Shown piece by piece: positions 37,234-46,886 of a DNA stretch of 64,000 nucleotides; the stretch's first letter is position 1; each line of letters begins with the position of its first letter. Location: positions 64,794 through 128,793 of the forward strand of contig JAJYMK010000001.1 of NCBI GenBank assembly GCA_021786945.1, given 5' to 3'. This stretch comes from a bacterium. GTDB lineage: Bacteria; Patescibacteriota; Minisyncoccia; UBA6257; 02-FULL-45-10c. The notes under the pieces are model-generated. The model did not search any database. It was not told the DNA's origin and saw only the letters and a program-made list of their open reading frames with translations. The position numbers and the translations under genes are program-made.

Positions 37234-38964
37234 TTATTTTAACATTTTTAACATTTTTTCGAATGGCCAGGCATTTATAATATCTTTCTTTTGACACCAT
37301 CCCCTGCGGGCCTGAGCAATTCCATATTCCAAATAATCAAAATGGCTTGCCAGATGACCATCGGAATCAATAGACATTTTTACTCCGGCATCAATGCATT
37401 TTCTTATATATTCATCTTTCAAATCCAGCCTGTTCGGAAAAGAATTTATTTCTAAAATAGTTCCGGTTTTTTTAGCCGTCTCAATAATTTTATTTATATC
37501 CAATTTATAAGGTTCCCTCTGATTTATAATCCTACCGGTTGGATGAAAAATAATATCCACATTTTTATTATTCATAGCTTTTATCATTCTTTCCGTTTGC
37601 TCTTCCTCGGAAAGATTAAAAGAAGAATGAATTGAAGCACCAACAACATCGAGTTGGAATAAAATATTATCGGGCAAATCTAAAGATCCATCTTTCAATA
37701 TATCGCATTCTGTGCCTTTTAAGACTTTAAAATCTAATCCCTCTTTTTCCATTTTTTTATTTACTAAATCTATTTCTTTCCATTGCTGCTTTATTTTTTT
37801 TTCGTCTAAACCATGAGCAATTGTAAGATGTTTTGTGTGGTCGGTAACCACAATATACTTTAAGCCCCTTTTAAATGCCGCCCTAGCCATCTCCTCTACC
37901 GAATTGACGCCGTCGGACCAATTAGTTTGAACTTGTAAATCACCTTTTAGATCACTATATCCAATAAGTTTAGGTAATTTATTTTTTTGTGAAGCTTCAA
38001 TTTCACCCCCCATCTCTCTGAGCTCTGGTTCGATATAATGCATTCCTAATTTTTCATATAAATCATTTTCTGTTTTTCCAGCAATCTGCTTATCACCCTC
38101 AAATAAACCATATTCATTAAGCTTCCAGCCTTTTTTTATAGCCAGCTCTCTTAAAGCAATGCCGTGGTCTTTCGAACCGGTAAAATAATTAAGCGCAGCA
38201 CCATAGGATTCTTTCGGAACCACGCGTATATCGGCATCTAAACCATTTTTAAGCCTAACTGAAGATTTTGTTTTCCCGTAAACTAATACGCTTTCGGTTT
38301 CCGGCATGCTAGTAAAAAAATCCATAATAGGTTTAGAATTTTTAGAAATAACCAAAATATCTATATCTCCTATAGTTTCTTTTCTTCGGCGTACAGAGCC
38401 GGCCACATCCACTCTCTCCACATCTTTTATTTTTTCAAATTTTTCTTTAATAATCCTGATTTCCGGCATAACAAAACCGAGTACCATCCTACCTCCTGAT
38501 TTTTTAAAAAATTCTATACTTTTCAAAATTTTTTCTTGGCTTTTTTCTCCGAATCCCTCTAATTTACTGATTTTATTGTTCTTTAAACAATCTTCAAGAT
38601 CTTTAAGATTTTTAATCTTAAGCGCCTCATAAAGATGCCTGATTGTTTTAGGACCCAGACCTTCAATATTTAAAAATTCTTCAATTTTTATTGGCCACTT
38701 CTTTTTCAAATACTCCAAATATTTAACCTTACCGCTTTTCAAAAACTCTTCTATTTTTTCGGCTATTGAAATACCCACACCGGGAATATCTTCCAATGCT
38801 TTAATGCCTCCTTTTTGATAAATAATATCTAAATCTTCCTGAAAATCATTAATTACTTCGGACGCTTTTGTATAGGCATGCGGTTTAAAAAGAACACCGT
38901 CCATTTCCAAGTAAAATGAAATTTCGCTGAGAATTCTTGCTATTTGTTTATTTAATCCTTTCAA
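37234..38964 (-). CDS. DNA polymerase X family protein with a C-terminal PHP phosphoesterase domain
   Basis: N-terminal HhH motifs, a pol-beta-like nucleotidyltransferase core (GSVRRRKETIGDIDILV) and a C-terminal PHP domain; 576 aa. Confidence 0.8.
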   Translation of the reverse strand: MKGLNKQIARILSEISFYLEMDGVLFKPHAYTKASEVINDFQEDLDIIYQKGGIKALEDIPGVGISIAEKIEEFLKSGKVKYLEYLKKKWPIKIEEFLNIEGLGPKTIRHLYEALKIKNLKDLEDCLKNNKISKLEGFGEKSQEKILKSIEFFKKSGGRMVLGFVMPEIRIIKEKFEKIKDVERVDVAGSVRRRKETIGDIDILVISKNSKPIMDFFTSMPETESVLVYGKTKSSVRLKNGLDADIRVVPKESYGAALNYFTGSKDHGIALRELAIKKGWKLNEYGLFEGDKQIAGKTENDLYEKLGMHYIEPELREMGGEIEASQKNKLPKLIGYSDLKGDLQVQTNWSDGVNSVEEMARAAFKRGLKYIVVTDHTKHLTIAHGLDEKKIKQQWKEIDLVNKKMEKEGLDFKVLKGTECDILKDGSLDLPDNILFQLDVVGASIHSSFNLSEEEQTERMIKAMNNKNVDIIFHPTGRIINQREPYKLDINKIIETAKKTGTILEINSFPNRLDLKDEYIRKCIDAGVKMSIDSDGHLASHFDYLEYGIAQARRGWCQKKDIINAWPFEKMLKMLK

Positions 38965-38974
38965 AGCAATATAT

Positions 38975-39628
38975 TTAACCCGTTAAAGGAGGTTTGTGAT
39001 CGCGGATTTCCGCAACCGGAGAAGTTTGAGGGGGTAAAACCATTTTTGGAAAAGTTATTACAATAAAAGCCGAAACCAGGGAAAGGCATCCGCCTAAAAT
39101 AAATATAGCGTTAAAACCAAAAGCTTGGGCGATCATACCACCTAATAATCCGGCAATACCCGAAGATATACCTATAGCCGTACTATCAAGGGAGTAATCA
39201 AACGATCTGCGCTTGTCATCCAGATGATGCGAAAATATTCCTGACCAAGATGGGGTATATAAACCAAAAGCGATTGCTTGAATAGTTTGAAAAAAATACA
39301 ATTGCGGTATTGTGCGTACCACTATATAGCCAAAAGCGGAAATACCAGCCAAAATTAAAGCGGCGACTAAAGCGTAAAAATCATCTTTTTCTCCATCTGT
39401 TTTATCCAAAAAATTAGCTATGGGCAACTGAATCAACGATCTAATAAGCCAATAAAGTGCGGTTGTTATTCCAACCGTCGCTAAAGTAGCTCCTTGAATT
39501 TTATTAATTATAAAAACAGAAAAAATAGGAGAAATAAAGCCCCATCCCGCCATGAGCATCATATCGGAAAATACAAGTGTTTTTATAATTTGGCCAACTT
39601 TCAAATTTACATCGATTTTTATTTTCAT
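38975..39628 (-). CDS. six-TM membrane protein resembling half of an MFS transporter
   Basis: Six hydrophobic helices in 217 aa. Confidence 0.35.
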   Translation of the reverse strand: MKIKIDVNLKVGQIIKTLVFSDMMLMAGWGFISPIFSVFIINKIQGATLATVGITTALYWLIRSLIQLPIANFLDKTDGEKDDFYALVAALILAGISAFGYIVVRTIPQLYFFQTIQAIAFGLYTPSWSGIFSHHLDDKRRSFDYSLDSTAIGISSGIAGLLGGMIAQAFGFNAIFILGGCLSLVSAFIVITFPKMVLPPQTSPVAEIRDHKPPLTG

Positions 39629-39654
39629 AATATAAATTTTATCAAATTTAATGG

Positions 39655-42195
39655 TTAATTTACACCTCTTTCAAAAATAATTTCCTCTCCCTTCAAAATT
39701 ACGGATAATTTATCTCCTTTTTGTATTTCATTTTTAAGAATCTTCTCCGCCAGCACACTTCTTATTTTATCCGAAATTACTCCCCTTAAAGGCCTTGCAC
39801 CAAAAACCGGATCATAACCCCAGACCGCCAATTTTTTAACAGCTTCTTCACTAAATTCCATCTCTATTCCATGAGAATCCATTAGATCCTTGGCTAAATC
39901 CTTAAGAGATAATTTTGCTATGGAAACAATATTTTCCTGAGATAAATTTTTAAAAACAATTATTCCGGAAAAACGGTTTATAAGCTCGGGTTTAAAATAA
40001 TCTGTAAGTTTTTTCTTGAGATCATCTCCGATCTGGGATATCGATCTGCCGCTTTCAATACTTTCTTTAATAAAAGTCGAGTGGGCATTTGATGTGGCGA
40101 TTATTATGGTATTGGTAAAATCTGCAACTCGCCCAAAATTGTCGGATAACCGGCCATCATCAAATACCTGCAAAAATATATTCAAAATATCCGGATGTGC
40201 TTTTTCGAATTCATCCAAAAGTACTATGCTATAAGGTTTCTTCATTACGGCATCAGTAAGATTACCGCTCATCGATCCGTCAGGTGATCCAATAAATTTG
40301 AAAATGCTCTGTTTGTCTTGATATTCAGACATATCAAAACGAATCATTGCGTCTTTTGATCCGAATTGTATGGAAGCCAACAATTTAGAAAGCTCTGTTT
40401 TACCCACGCCCGTAGGTCCAACAAAAAGAAATGTAGCTATAGGACCGCCTTTCCTGGAAAGACCGCTCCTATATTCACGCAAAGCTCTAGAAACAGCCTT
40501 TACCGCTTCTTCTTGATCAATAAATTTTTCATGTATAATATTTTCTAAATTCAAAAGCTTTAAAGCTTCAGAATCGCCAGCCTGCCTTAACGGTATAGAA
40601 ATCTTGCGTTGAGCCACGTCTATAACATCATCCCCATTCAAAACCTTATCCCCCCTTTCTTTGGCATTAGAAATTGATTCTTTCAGTAATTCTGCGGAAC
40701 TGGTAAGAATTGATTTTTCTTTAAAATATTTTGATGACAACAATACTGTTTGTTTTATAGCATTAAAATTTATTGTTATTTTAAATTGCTTCTCTAAAAT
40801 TAAAGCTTCATAAACTAAAAGCTTCATAGCTTCGGCTGAAGAAATATCGGGAACATCAATTTTTTCAAAAGCCTCAACAAACTGCCCCTGGCTTTCCGAC
40901 ATTTGCCTGAATTCTCTTGGAAATGTCGTGGCAACCACAGAAAAAACACTCGAATTGAATGACGGCAAGAATATATCAGCCGCATTCAAACCAATCTTAT
41001 CTGACATTTTTAATAAATTGTGAATTTCTGGAATAAATAAAATTACATTCCCCGCGGCAACAATTTCGTTCACTATTTTATTTACCCTTATTTGAATTTC
41101 GCTTTGTTGCGCGCCCGTCAATAAATCTGTAATTCGCAATTTTACCACCCTCTTATCAAAAAGCTGCGGCGGAACCTGATCTTTTGTTATTTTATAAGCC
41201 AAATGCTTAACAATGGTATCTTTACCAACGCCGGGGTCGCCAACCAAAAGAGCGTTTGGTCTGCCAGCTCTGGAAATAACATCTATTAATCTGTCATATT
41301 CCTGTTCATGACCAACCAAAAAACCGATAGATTCAGTATCAGCGTAATCAGTCAAATCATCGCTAAATTGATCGAGAAACGGAGTCGGTCTGGCAGTCCA
41401 CGCCCTGTTCATAACACGATGCCTTACTTTATATGGCCTAGAAAAAGAAATAAATTGGTCTAACGAACTTGGTAACGCCCTGAGAAAACTTAAGGAATTA
41501 TAATAATTACTGAAAATCATCGAATTTTCTAAATCTCCCGGATCTATGTTAAAAAATTCAAGAACCCTTAAAACCCCATGACTATCGCAATAACTCAATG
41601 TTGCAAAAATATCTTTCGGAGTAATATATCTATTTCCGGAAGCCGCAGCCTGCCTTAAAGCCAATGTCAATATTTTTTCTATTTCTTTCCTTAAAGCCTC
41701 ACGATGCGCCTCTCCGGATCCGTAATCCTTTTTTTGTTCCAATGAAACAGCCAATGACTCCTCTATTTTATTAACAAAATCTTCGGTTTTTATATCCATC
41801 CTGCTTAATCCCGATTTTATATCTCCTCTTTCCACTAGTTTCTTCATCAGATAAAGATAAAAATTTCCGCCTAAAAGCAAAGACCTATCAAATGCGTATT
41901 CGATAACGGAAAAAGCGGCGGGAGCCGTATATTTTGAAAGATTTACTTTGCCCGAAAGTTCACCACGCAAAGAACGGTCGGCTCCGCCTAAATGCCTTAT
42001 AAAATCAACTAAAAACAATACAAGTAAAATTCCTAGCCAAAAAAACCACTTGATAGTAGAAGTTAGCGATAAGAAACAAATAGCCAGCAAAACAGCGAAG
42101 CTGAAATAAAAAACCAATCGGACAAAAAATCTTCCTATATGAGACATTCTGAGTCTTGGATCTTCAAAATATAATTCTAATTTTTTATCCGGCAT
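39655..42195 (-). CDS. membrane-anchored ClpA/ClpC-family double-AAA+ ATPase (846 aa)
   Basis: Two N-terminal TM helices; Clp_N-like repeats; AAA-1 with an atypical Walker A GDPGVGKD (T replaced by D); AAA-2 with a canonical GPTGVGKT, Walker B VLLDEFEKAH and sensor residues. Confidence 0.7.
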   Translation of the reverse strand: MPDKKLELYFEDPRLRMSHIGRFFVRLVFYFSFAVLLAICFLSLTSTIKWFFWLGILLVLFLVDFIRHLGGADRSLRGELSGKVNLSKYTAPAAFSVIEYAFDRSLLLGGNFYLYLMKKLVERGDIKSGLSRMDIKTEDFVNKIEESLAVSLEQKKDYGSGEAHREALRKEIEKILTLALRQAAASGNRYITPKDIFATLSYCDSHGVLRVLEFFNIDPGDLENSMIFSNYYNSLSFLRALPSSLDQFISFSRPYKVRHRVMNRAWTARPTPFLDQFSDDLTDYADTESIGFLVGHEQEYDRLIDVISRAGRPNALLVGDPGVGKDTIVKHLAYKITKDQVPPQLFDKRVVKLRITDLLTGAQQSEIQIRVNKIVNEIVAAGNVILFIPEIHNLLKMSDKIGLNAADIFLPSFNSSVFSVVATTFPREFRQMSESQGQFVEAFEKIDVPDISSAEAMKLLVYEALILEKQFKITINFNAIKQTVLLSSKYFKEKSILTSSAELLKESISNAKERGDKVLNGDDVIDVAQRKISIPLRQAGDSEALKLLNLENIIHEKFIDQEEAVKAVSRALREYRSGLSRKGGPIATFLFVGPTGVGKTELSKLLASIQFGSKDAMIRFDMSEYQDKQSIFKFIGSPDGSMSGNLTDAVMKKPYSIVLLDEFEKAHPDILNIFLQVFDDGRLSDNFGRVADFTNTIIIATSNAHSTFIKESIESGRSISQIGDDLKKKLTDYFKPELINRFSGIIVFKNLSQENIVSIAKLSLKDLAKDLMDSHGIEMEFSEEAVKKLAVWGYDPVFGARPLRGVISDKIRSVLAEKILKNEIQKGDKLSVILKGEEIIFERGVN

Positions 42196-42557
42196 TAGTT
42201 TGGAAAATTAATAATTATTTTATAAATACAAAATAATGGTATGGCCATCCAAATCAAAAAAATAAATCCACAAAACAACAAAAATACTAGATAAAAAAAA
42301 GATGCAATTGTTATCCTTATAGACCTAAGAAAAAATCCCAGAACATATCCCAAAAAACTGTAATCCTGATAAAGGGGTTGAAAAATATTTTGTAAATTTA
42401 TCCTCAAAGCCAGCTTGTAATCCATTTTTTCCAAGCGACTCACCACCCAATTAAAAAACTTGCGAAAACCACGGATATACCAATGATAACCAAAATAATA
42501 AACCCAGAAAAAAAATCTGTTTAAAATATAAATAACCGAAACACCGAGGTAATCCAT
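42195..42557 (-). CDS. small polytopic membrane protein (120 aa)
   Basis: Hydrophobic ORF whose stop codon overlaps the start of the Clp-like gene. Confidence 0.35.
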   Translation of the reverse strand: MDYLGVSVIYILNRFFFWVYYFGYHWYIRGFRKFFNWVVSRLEKMDYKLALRINLQNIFQPLYQDYSFLGYVLGFFLRSIRITIASFFYLVFLLFCGFIFLIWMAIPLFCIYKIIINFPN

Positions 42558-42579
42558 ATAAAGTAATTATAACAGAAAT

Positions 42580-43881
42580 TTAAAGCTTTTTTGAGCGTTT
42601 TTTTGGTCCGGCAAACAAAGACTTTTCCTCTTCCGAAAAAATATTTATTAACCCAAATTGACCGTCAAATCCAGGATTTATACTCAATCTCCCATCCCTT
42701 ACTCTTTTTATGCCCTCGGCTATTTCCGCCCTAGAATTTAAAGCTATTTCTTTAACATCGGCATTTAATAAAACATCGAATTCTGAATTAAAAGCCCTGA
42801 TTAATTTCCAATATTCTTTTTTAACTTTATTTGAAGATCTTCCGACATTTAAAGCCTCTCCAATTATTGAATCGAGAGTCACTAAACTTTTATAGGGAAC
42901 TCTTTTTTTATCGACAAATCCCTCCAGCCTGTCAGCAAGTTTTTCTATGCGGCTTAATACACCAATGGTCATTTTTTTTCCACATTTTGGACAAATTTCT
43001 TTAAGTTTTAAAGTTTCTTTAGGTTTACACGAAAATCCACAAGCTAAATGGCCGTCTAAATAATATTTTCCTTCTTCGGGAAAGAACTCAACTGTATATA
43101 AAAATCCTGATTTATTCCCCTTTCGGCTCGGCGCGCTGTTTTTTATGGCCTCCATCATTGCTTTATAAGAAAATTCGCAATTAAAAACATTAGCCTCCCT
43201 ACCTATTCTTTCCAAGCTATGGGAATCAGAATTGGAAACCAAAGCAATATTATCAAGCTTGGAAAGCCTCCAATTCATCGCCGGATCACTGGAAAGACCG
43301 GTTTCAATAGCAAAAATTTTATCGGCATACTTTCCAAAACATTCCTCTAAAGAATCAAAGCCGCTCATTGATCCGAACACAGAAAACCACGGAGTCCATG
43401 CGTGAGCCGGGATAATTACACAATCCTCATTTATTCCAAAAATTATCCCAGCCAGATCCTCACAATCTAAACCCAATATAGGTCTGCCATCGGAAGCTAG
43501 GTTGCCTATTTCCGAAAGTTTTATATTTATTTTTTCAGCGCTTTCAATATCCGGAGAAAAAATAATATTATGAACTCTCTTGGTTTTTCCATTTTTTGAA
43601 TAAATACTGGAAATCTCGGTGGAAAGTATAAATCTCGTATCAGCCAATTCGCCTTTTATATTTTTTATTTTAAATTCACTTTTCAATTTAAAAAAACCAG
43701 GCTCTGCCGGCTCGAGCTTATTTTTTAACTCGCTAAAATAATACGGGTGCGTAAAATCCCCGGTACCCATTAATTTGATTCCTTTATCGCTAGCCCAAGC
43801 ATCCAATTCTTCTAAATTCATTTTAGGCGAAACAGCACGCGAATATTTGGAATGAATGTGTAAATCCGCTATAAATTGCAT
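42580..43881 (-). CDS. PHP-domain protein of the TIGR00375 / endonuclease Q-like family with a C-terminal zinc ribbon
   Basis: N-terminus ADLHIHSKYSRAVSPKMNLEELDAWASDKGIKLMGTGDFTHP (PHP His motifs) and C-terminal CPKCGKKMTIG zinc ribbon, as in archaeal EndoQ. Confidence 0.5.
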   Translation of the reverse strand: MQFIADLHIHSKYSRAVSPKMNLEELDAWASDKGIKLMGTGDFTHPYYFSELKNKLEPAEPGFFKLKSEFKIKNIKGELADTRFILSTEISSIYSKNGKTKRVHNIIFSPDIESAEKINIKLSEIGNLASDGRPILGLDCEDLAGIIFGINEDCVIIPAHAWTPWFSVFGSMSGFDSLEECFGKYADKIFAIETGLSSDPAMNWRLSKLDNIALVSNSDSHSLERIGREANVFNCEFSYKAMMEAIKNSAPSRKGNKSGFLYTVEFFPEEGKYYLDGHLACGFSCKPKETLKLKEICPKCGKKMTIGVLSRIEKLADRLEGFVDKKRVPYKSLVTLDSIIGEALNVGRSSNKVKKEYWKLIRAFNSEFDVLLNADVKEIALNSRAEIAEGIKRVRDGRLSINPGFDGQFGLINIFSEEEKSLFAGPKKRSKKL

Positions 43882-43894
43882 AGATGGATTATAA

Positions 43895-43930
43895 CAAAAA
43901 ACTCCGGCTATGAAAGCCGGAGTTTGTTTT
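43895..43930. terminator. bidirectional intrinsic terminator (ACTCCGGCT-atgaa-AGCCGGAGT with an A-run and a T-run)
   Basis: 9-bp perfect stem 43901-43923. Confidence 0.55.
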
Positions 43931-44261
43931 ACTTATAAATTTTTATAAATATCGTAGCCAAAATAATAAAGACGATTATTGCGGCTAAAATTGCCCTTAA
44001 AGATCCTATTCGTGGAGCAAGAAAATAAATTGTCAGCATATACGGCATCCAAGCGACTATTGTTCCCAATAATACAAAAAGGGCATGACTAGAAACTTCT
44101 TTTGGGCCGGAAATTTCTCCGATAAACAAATAAGAAAGCCAGGTAAATACAGGAGTTAGGGCGGCTAGACGTGAAAGCAGCGGAAAACCGCTTGACTCAA
44201 AATAAACTATCGAAGTCGTTATTAACCCGCCAACCACAAAAGTAAAAAAATATTGAAGCAT
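43929..44261 (-). CDS. small membrane protein (110 aa; three or four TM helices)
   Basis: Hydrophobic ORF. Confidence 0.35.
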   Translation of the reverse strand: MLQYFFTFVVGGLITTSIVYFESSGFPLLSRLAALTPVFTWLSYLFIGEISGPKEVSSHALFVLLGTIVAWMPYMLTIYFLAPRIGSLRAILAAIIVFIILATIFIKIYK

Positions 44262-44263
44262 AA

Positions 44264-44767
44264 TTAAAATTCTACAACCGCAACAGCTATATCAGCCGGT
44301 TCGTCGGAATAACTTATTGTGATTTTTGATTTTTTGTGGGAATTTTTTATTTTTTTAGCCATGCTTACCGCTAATTCATTTTCCGTAGTAAGTCCGACTA
44401 AATCATTACCAACTTTTTTCAAACTAATCAATCTGTGCATAGGGTCCTTCGCAAAAGCTGATTCGGCTACATTTCCAATTAAATTAACAATTTCTTCTGC
44501 GGCTTCCTTAGGAATATTTTTTATAACCAACTTACCTTCATATTGTTTATTTTTAATCATCGCATCCGCCGGGCAAAGCATAAATTTAACCGGCGCATCT
44601 TCACCGCCTTTAAAATTTACCTCGCTATGATGCCAAGCCTTACCGAAATACGCCGCCTTACATTTAGGGCACAAAATCAACCCCTTCTTGCCGCTACCAA
44701 ACTCCTCCATTTCATGTTCCGGCTTTGTCGGCCTATTTTTATATTGTGATTTAAATTTTTTAGCCAT
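44264..44767 (-). CDS. hypothetical zinc-ribbon-containing protein (167 aa)
   Basis: N-terminal CPKC...CPAD Cys cluster; C-terminal alpha/beta region. Confidence 0.3.
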   Translation of the reverse strand: MAKKFKSQYKNRPTKPEHEMEEFGSGKKGLILCPKCKAAYFGKAWHHSEVNFKGGEDAPVKFMLCPADAMIKNKQYEGKLVIKNIPKEAAEEIVNLIGNVAESAFAKDPMHRLISLKKVGNDLVGLTTENELAVSMAKKIKNSHKKSKITISYSDEPADIAVAVVEF

Positions 44768-44786
44768 ATTTTTATAAATTAATAGT

Positions 44787-45911
44787 TTATTTAATTATCG
44801 CATAAACCAACGCAATTAAAAATATCCCTAATAAAAACGGCAGAGTGGCCTTAGTAAAATCACTGTTAAAAAAATCGTTAGTTGGCCTTATTTTATTTGC
44901 CCGCAACCAAATAAAAATCAATAAAATTATTTCTAAAGGAATAAATACCGATCCCGTAAAAGAAACTGCTTCCGTAAAATTTCTCATTCCCAATAAATAT
45001 AAAATGGGCGGAATGGAAACTACAAAAAAACCAGCCAATGACGGCGAAAAAGAAAAATCATATTCCAAAATATGCCTCGTATTTAAACCTACTAAAACAT
45101 AAGAACTCACCAAAGATAAAAAACCCAAAACACCCAAAAAAATTATAAGCCATTGGGGCGATTGCCCGATTAAACCGGTTACGGAATCAGCTGAAACAGT
45201 TTTGGATAAAGCTATAATTCCCAAGACAAAAGCTCCATAGCCAAGTGCCGGCAAAAATCCGCCCAATAACAAAGATCTTTTTAAAAATTTAAGAGGAGAA
45301 CTAGATTCTTTAAAATATGCCACCACCTCCGGGATCGTCATAACTCCGGATAAAGCAAAAAGCACCGGGCCAATAACACCCAAAGAATTTAAATTAAATT
45401 TAAAATCTGAAAATGCAGAAAAATTTAATTTTCCGGCACCGAAACAAAAAACTACAAAAATTATCAAAATAATTCCGCTTACAATAAAAAATTCAGATAG
45501 GGCCACATTCTTGTTGTTCATCAGCACTAAAATAGAACTTAGTATCCAGAAAAACAACAAATGAGAAAGATGGCTACCTCCAAAAATAAGACCAATAAAA
45601 CTTGGCGCTAAAATAAGATAAACCGTCAAAACCAAAAGTAATTGAACTAAACCAATAACAACAGCTGCCCAAAAACCTGTTTTTCCTAAATATATTTTCG
45701 AATAACCCACGAATCTATGTTCCCCCTCTGTTCTCAAAACGATGTCCGCATAAATAAAATAAACCAGTGCATATACCAAAGAAAAAATAAACAGAGATGT
45801 AATTCCGGCCAATAATCCGTAGTTTTTAAAAACAAAAGGCAGGGAAAATATCCCCGCCCCAATTATGGTTCCGGCCAGCATACTGGCCGGTAAAAAAATA
45901 TTTTTATACAC
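44787..45911 (-). CDS. amino acid permease-like membrane transporter (10-11 TM helices; aromatic amino acid / HAAAP-like)
   Basis: N-terminus SMLAGTIIGAGIFSLPFVF is typical of Trp/Tyr-permease-type transporters; polytopic. Confidence 0.45.
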   Translation of the reverse strand: MYKNIFLPASMLAGTIIGAGIFSLPFVFKNYGLLAGITSLFIFSLVYALVYFIYADIVLRTEGEHRFVGYSKIYLGKTGFWAAVVIGLVQLLLVLTVYLILAPSFIGLIFGGSHLSHLLFFWILSSILVLMNNKNVALSEFFIVSGIILIIFVVFCFGAGKLNFSAFSDFKFNLNSLGVIGPVLFALSGVMTIPEVVAYFKESSSPLKFLKRSLLLGGFLPALGYGAFVLGIIALSKTVSADSVTGLIGQSPQWLIIFLGVLGFLSLVSSYVLVGLNTRHILEYDFSFSPSLAGFFVVSIPPILYLLGMRNFTEAVSFTGSVFIPLEIILLIFIWLRANKIRPTNDFFNSDFTKATLPFLLGIFLIALVYAIIK

Positions 45912-46254
45912 GGTAAACCTTAAAACCTTCTTTGACTGGCTTCTTTGTTTTTACACCAACTTCTTGACCCTTTTTGGCTTTAGAAATTTTTTCATGTTCA
46001 AACTGCATAGATTTTAAAGACTGAGAAAAATCACCGTGAGGACCCTCAAAACAAACCTCTTCACCAACTGCCATAGCTTGATTAAATTTAATGACTGCTA
46101 CACAAATTTTATCGTAAAAATGTTTAACTTCGCCTACCGGCTTTCTTTTGGATGTTGGTTTTTTAACTATTTTTTTAACTTTTTTCTTTATAATTTTCTT
46201 GGCTTTTCTCGCGGCCTTCTTTTTCGAATTTTTTTTAACTTTTTTCTTTTTCAT
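45904..46254 (-). CDS. small protein with a Lys-rich N-terminal tail and a C-terminal EF-Tu-domain-2-like beta-barrel
   Basis: MKKKKVKKNSKKKAARKAKK... followed by VIKFNQAMAVGEEVCFEGPHG...ISKAKKGQEVGVKTKKPVKEGFKVY, which resembles the GTP_EFTU_D2 pattern. Confidence 0.3.
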   Translation of the reverse strand: MKKKKVKKNSKKKAARKAKKIIKKKVKKIVKKPTSKRKPVGEVKHFYDKICVAVIKFNQAMAVGEEVCFEGPHGDFSQSLKSMQFEHEKISKAKKGQEVGVKTKKPVKEGFKVYRV

Positions 46255-46266
46255 ATTAGCGATTAT

Positions 46267-46860
46267 TTATCCCCTTTTAATACCGTTAGACTTTTTATCT
46301 TTATCAATTTCCGCAATTATTTTATCAACTAAATCCTTTATATCTCTTGAATAAACCACTCTTCCCGGACCACGATGCATCTTCTCTACAATTCCTCTTA
46401 ACTCATCTGCGGTTCCTCCTGTTCCCTCCAACACACCCATAGGTTTCTGATCTTCAAAACCAATTGTAAATTCGTTTAATGTTCCCATTCTGCCACAAAT
46501 AGTAATAACAGCATCCGAAGAACGTATTAAAAGCAAGTTTCTTCCGGAATACTCAAAGCCCGTATACATAATCATATCGTGGAAATCGGTCGGTAAATGA
46601 TATGTTTTTATATGAGCAGTTTCCGAAGCGGCCGGAGAAATACCAAAAACTATACCGCCTTCTTCTTTGGCTCCTTTCGCGGCCCAATAAGGGATACCGA
46701 CGGTGGCTCCCGTTACAAGGACCATTCCTCGCCTGGCAATTTCCCTGCCAAGCTCCTCAGCCTTCTCGGCGGCATCAACAGTACAATGACCGGTATCAGC
46801 CGCACCCGAAATACAAATTTTATACTTTAAATGTTGTCTTCTGCTTAATTTTATAGCCAT
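46267..46860 (-). CDS. LOG / TIGR00725-family Rossmann-fold protein (SLOG superfamily)
   Basis: ISGAADTGHC...VLVTGATVGIPYWAAKGA and ICGRMGTLNEF correspond to the LOG motifs GGGxGxMG and PGGxGTxxE. Locally GC-richer. Confidence 0.55.
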   Translation of the reverse strand: MAIKLSRRQHLKYKICISGAADTGHCTVDAAEKAEELGREIARRGMVLVTGATVGIPYWAAKGAKEEGGIVFGISPAASETAHIKTYHLPTDFHDMIMYTGFEYSGRNLLLIRSSDAVITICGRMGTLNEFTIGFEDQKPMGVLEGTGGTADELRGIVEKMHRGPGRVVYSRDIKDLVDKIIAEIDKDKKSNGIKRG

Positions 46861-46886
46861 ATAATTATTATAATAAATTTTTAAAA

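Noticed and set aside
45904-46254. Lys-rich small protein as a ribosomal protein or histone-like protein
   Set aside because: The Lys-rich tail alone is not diagnostic, and the C-terminal region looks like an EF-Tu domain-2-type barrel rather than any ribosomal protein I recognise. Left as hypothetical.
46036-46354. ORFs 46036-46332 (+) and 46148-46354 (+), rich in Phe/Leu/Asn
   Set aside because: They are antisense to the Lys-rich gene (AAA/AAG codons read as TTT/CTT on the opposite strand), a composition artefact.
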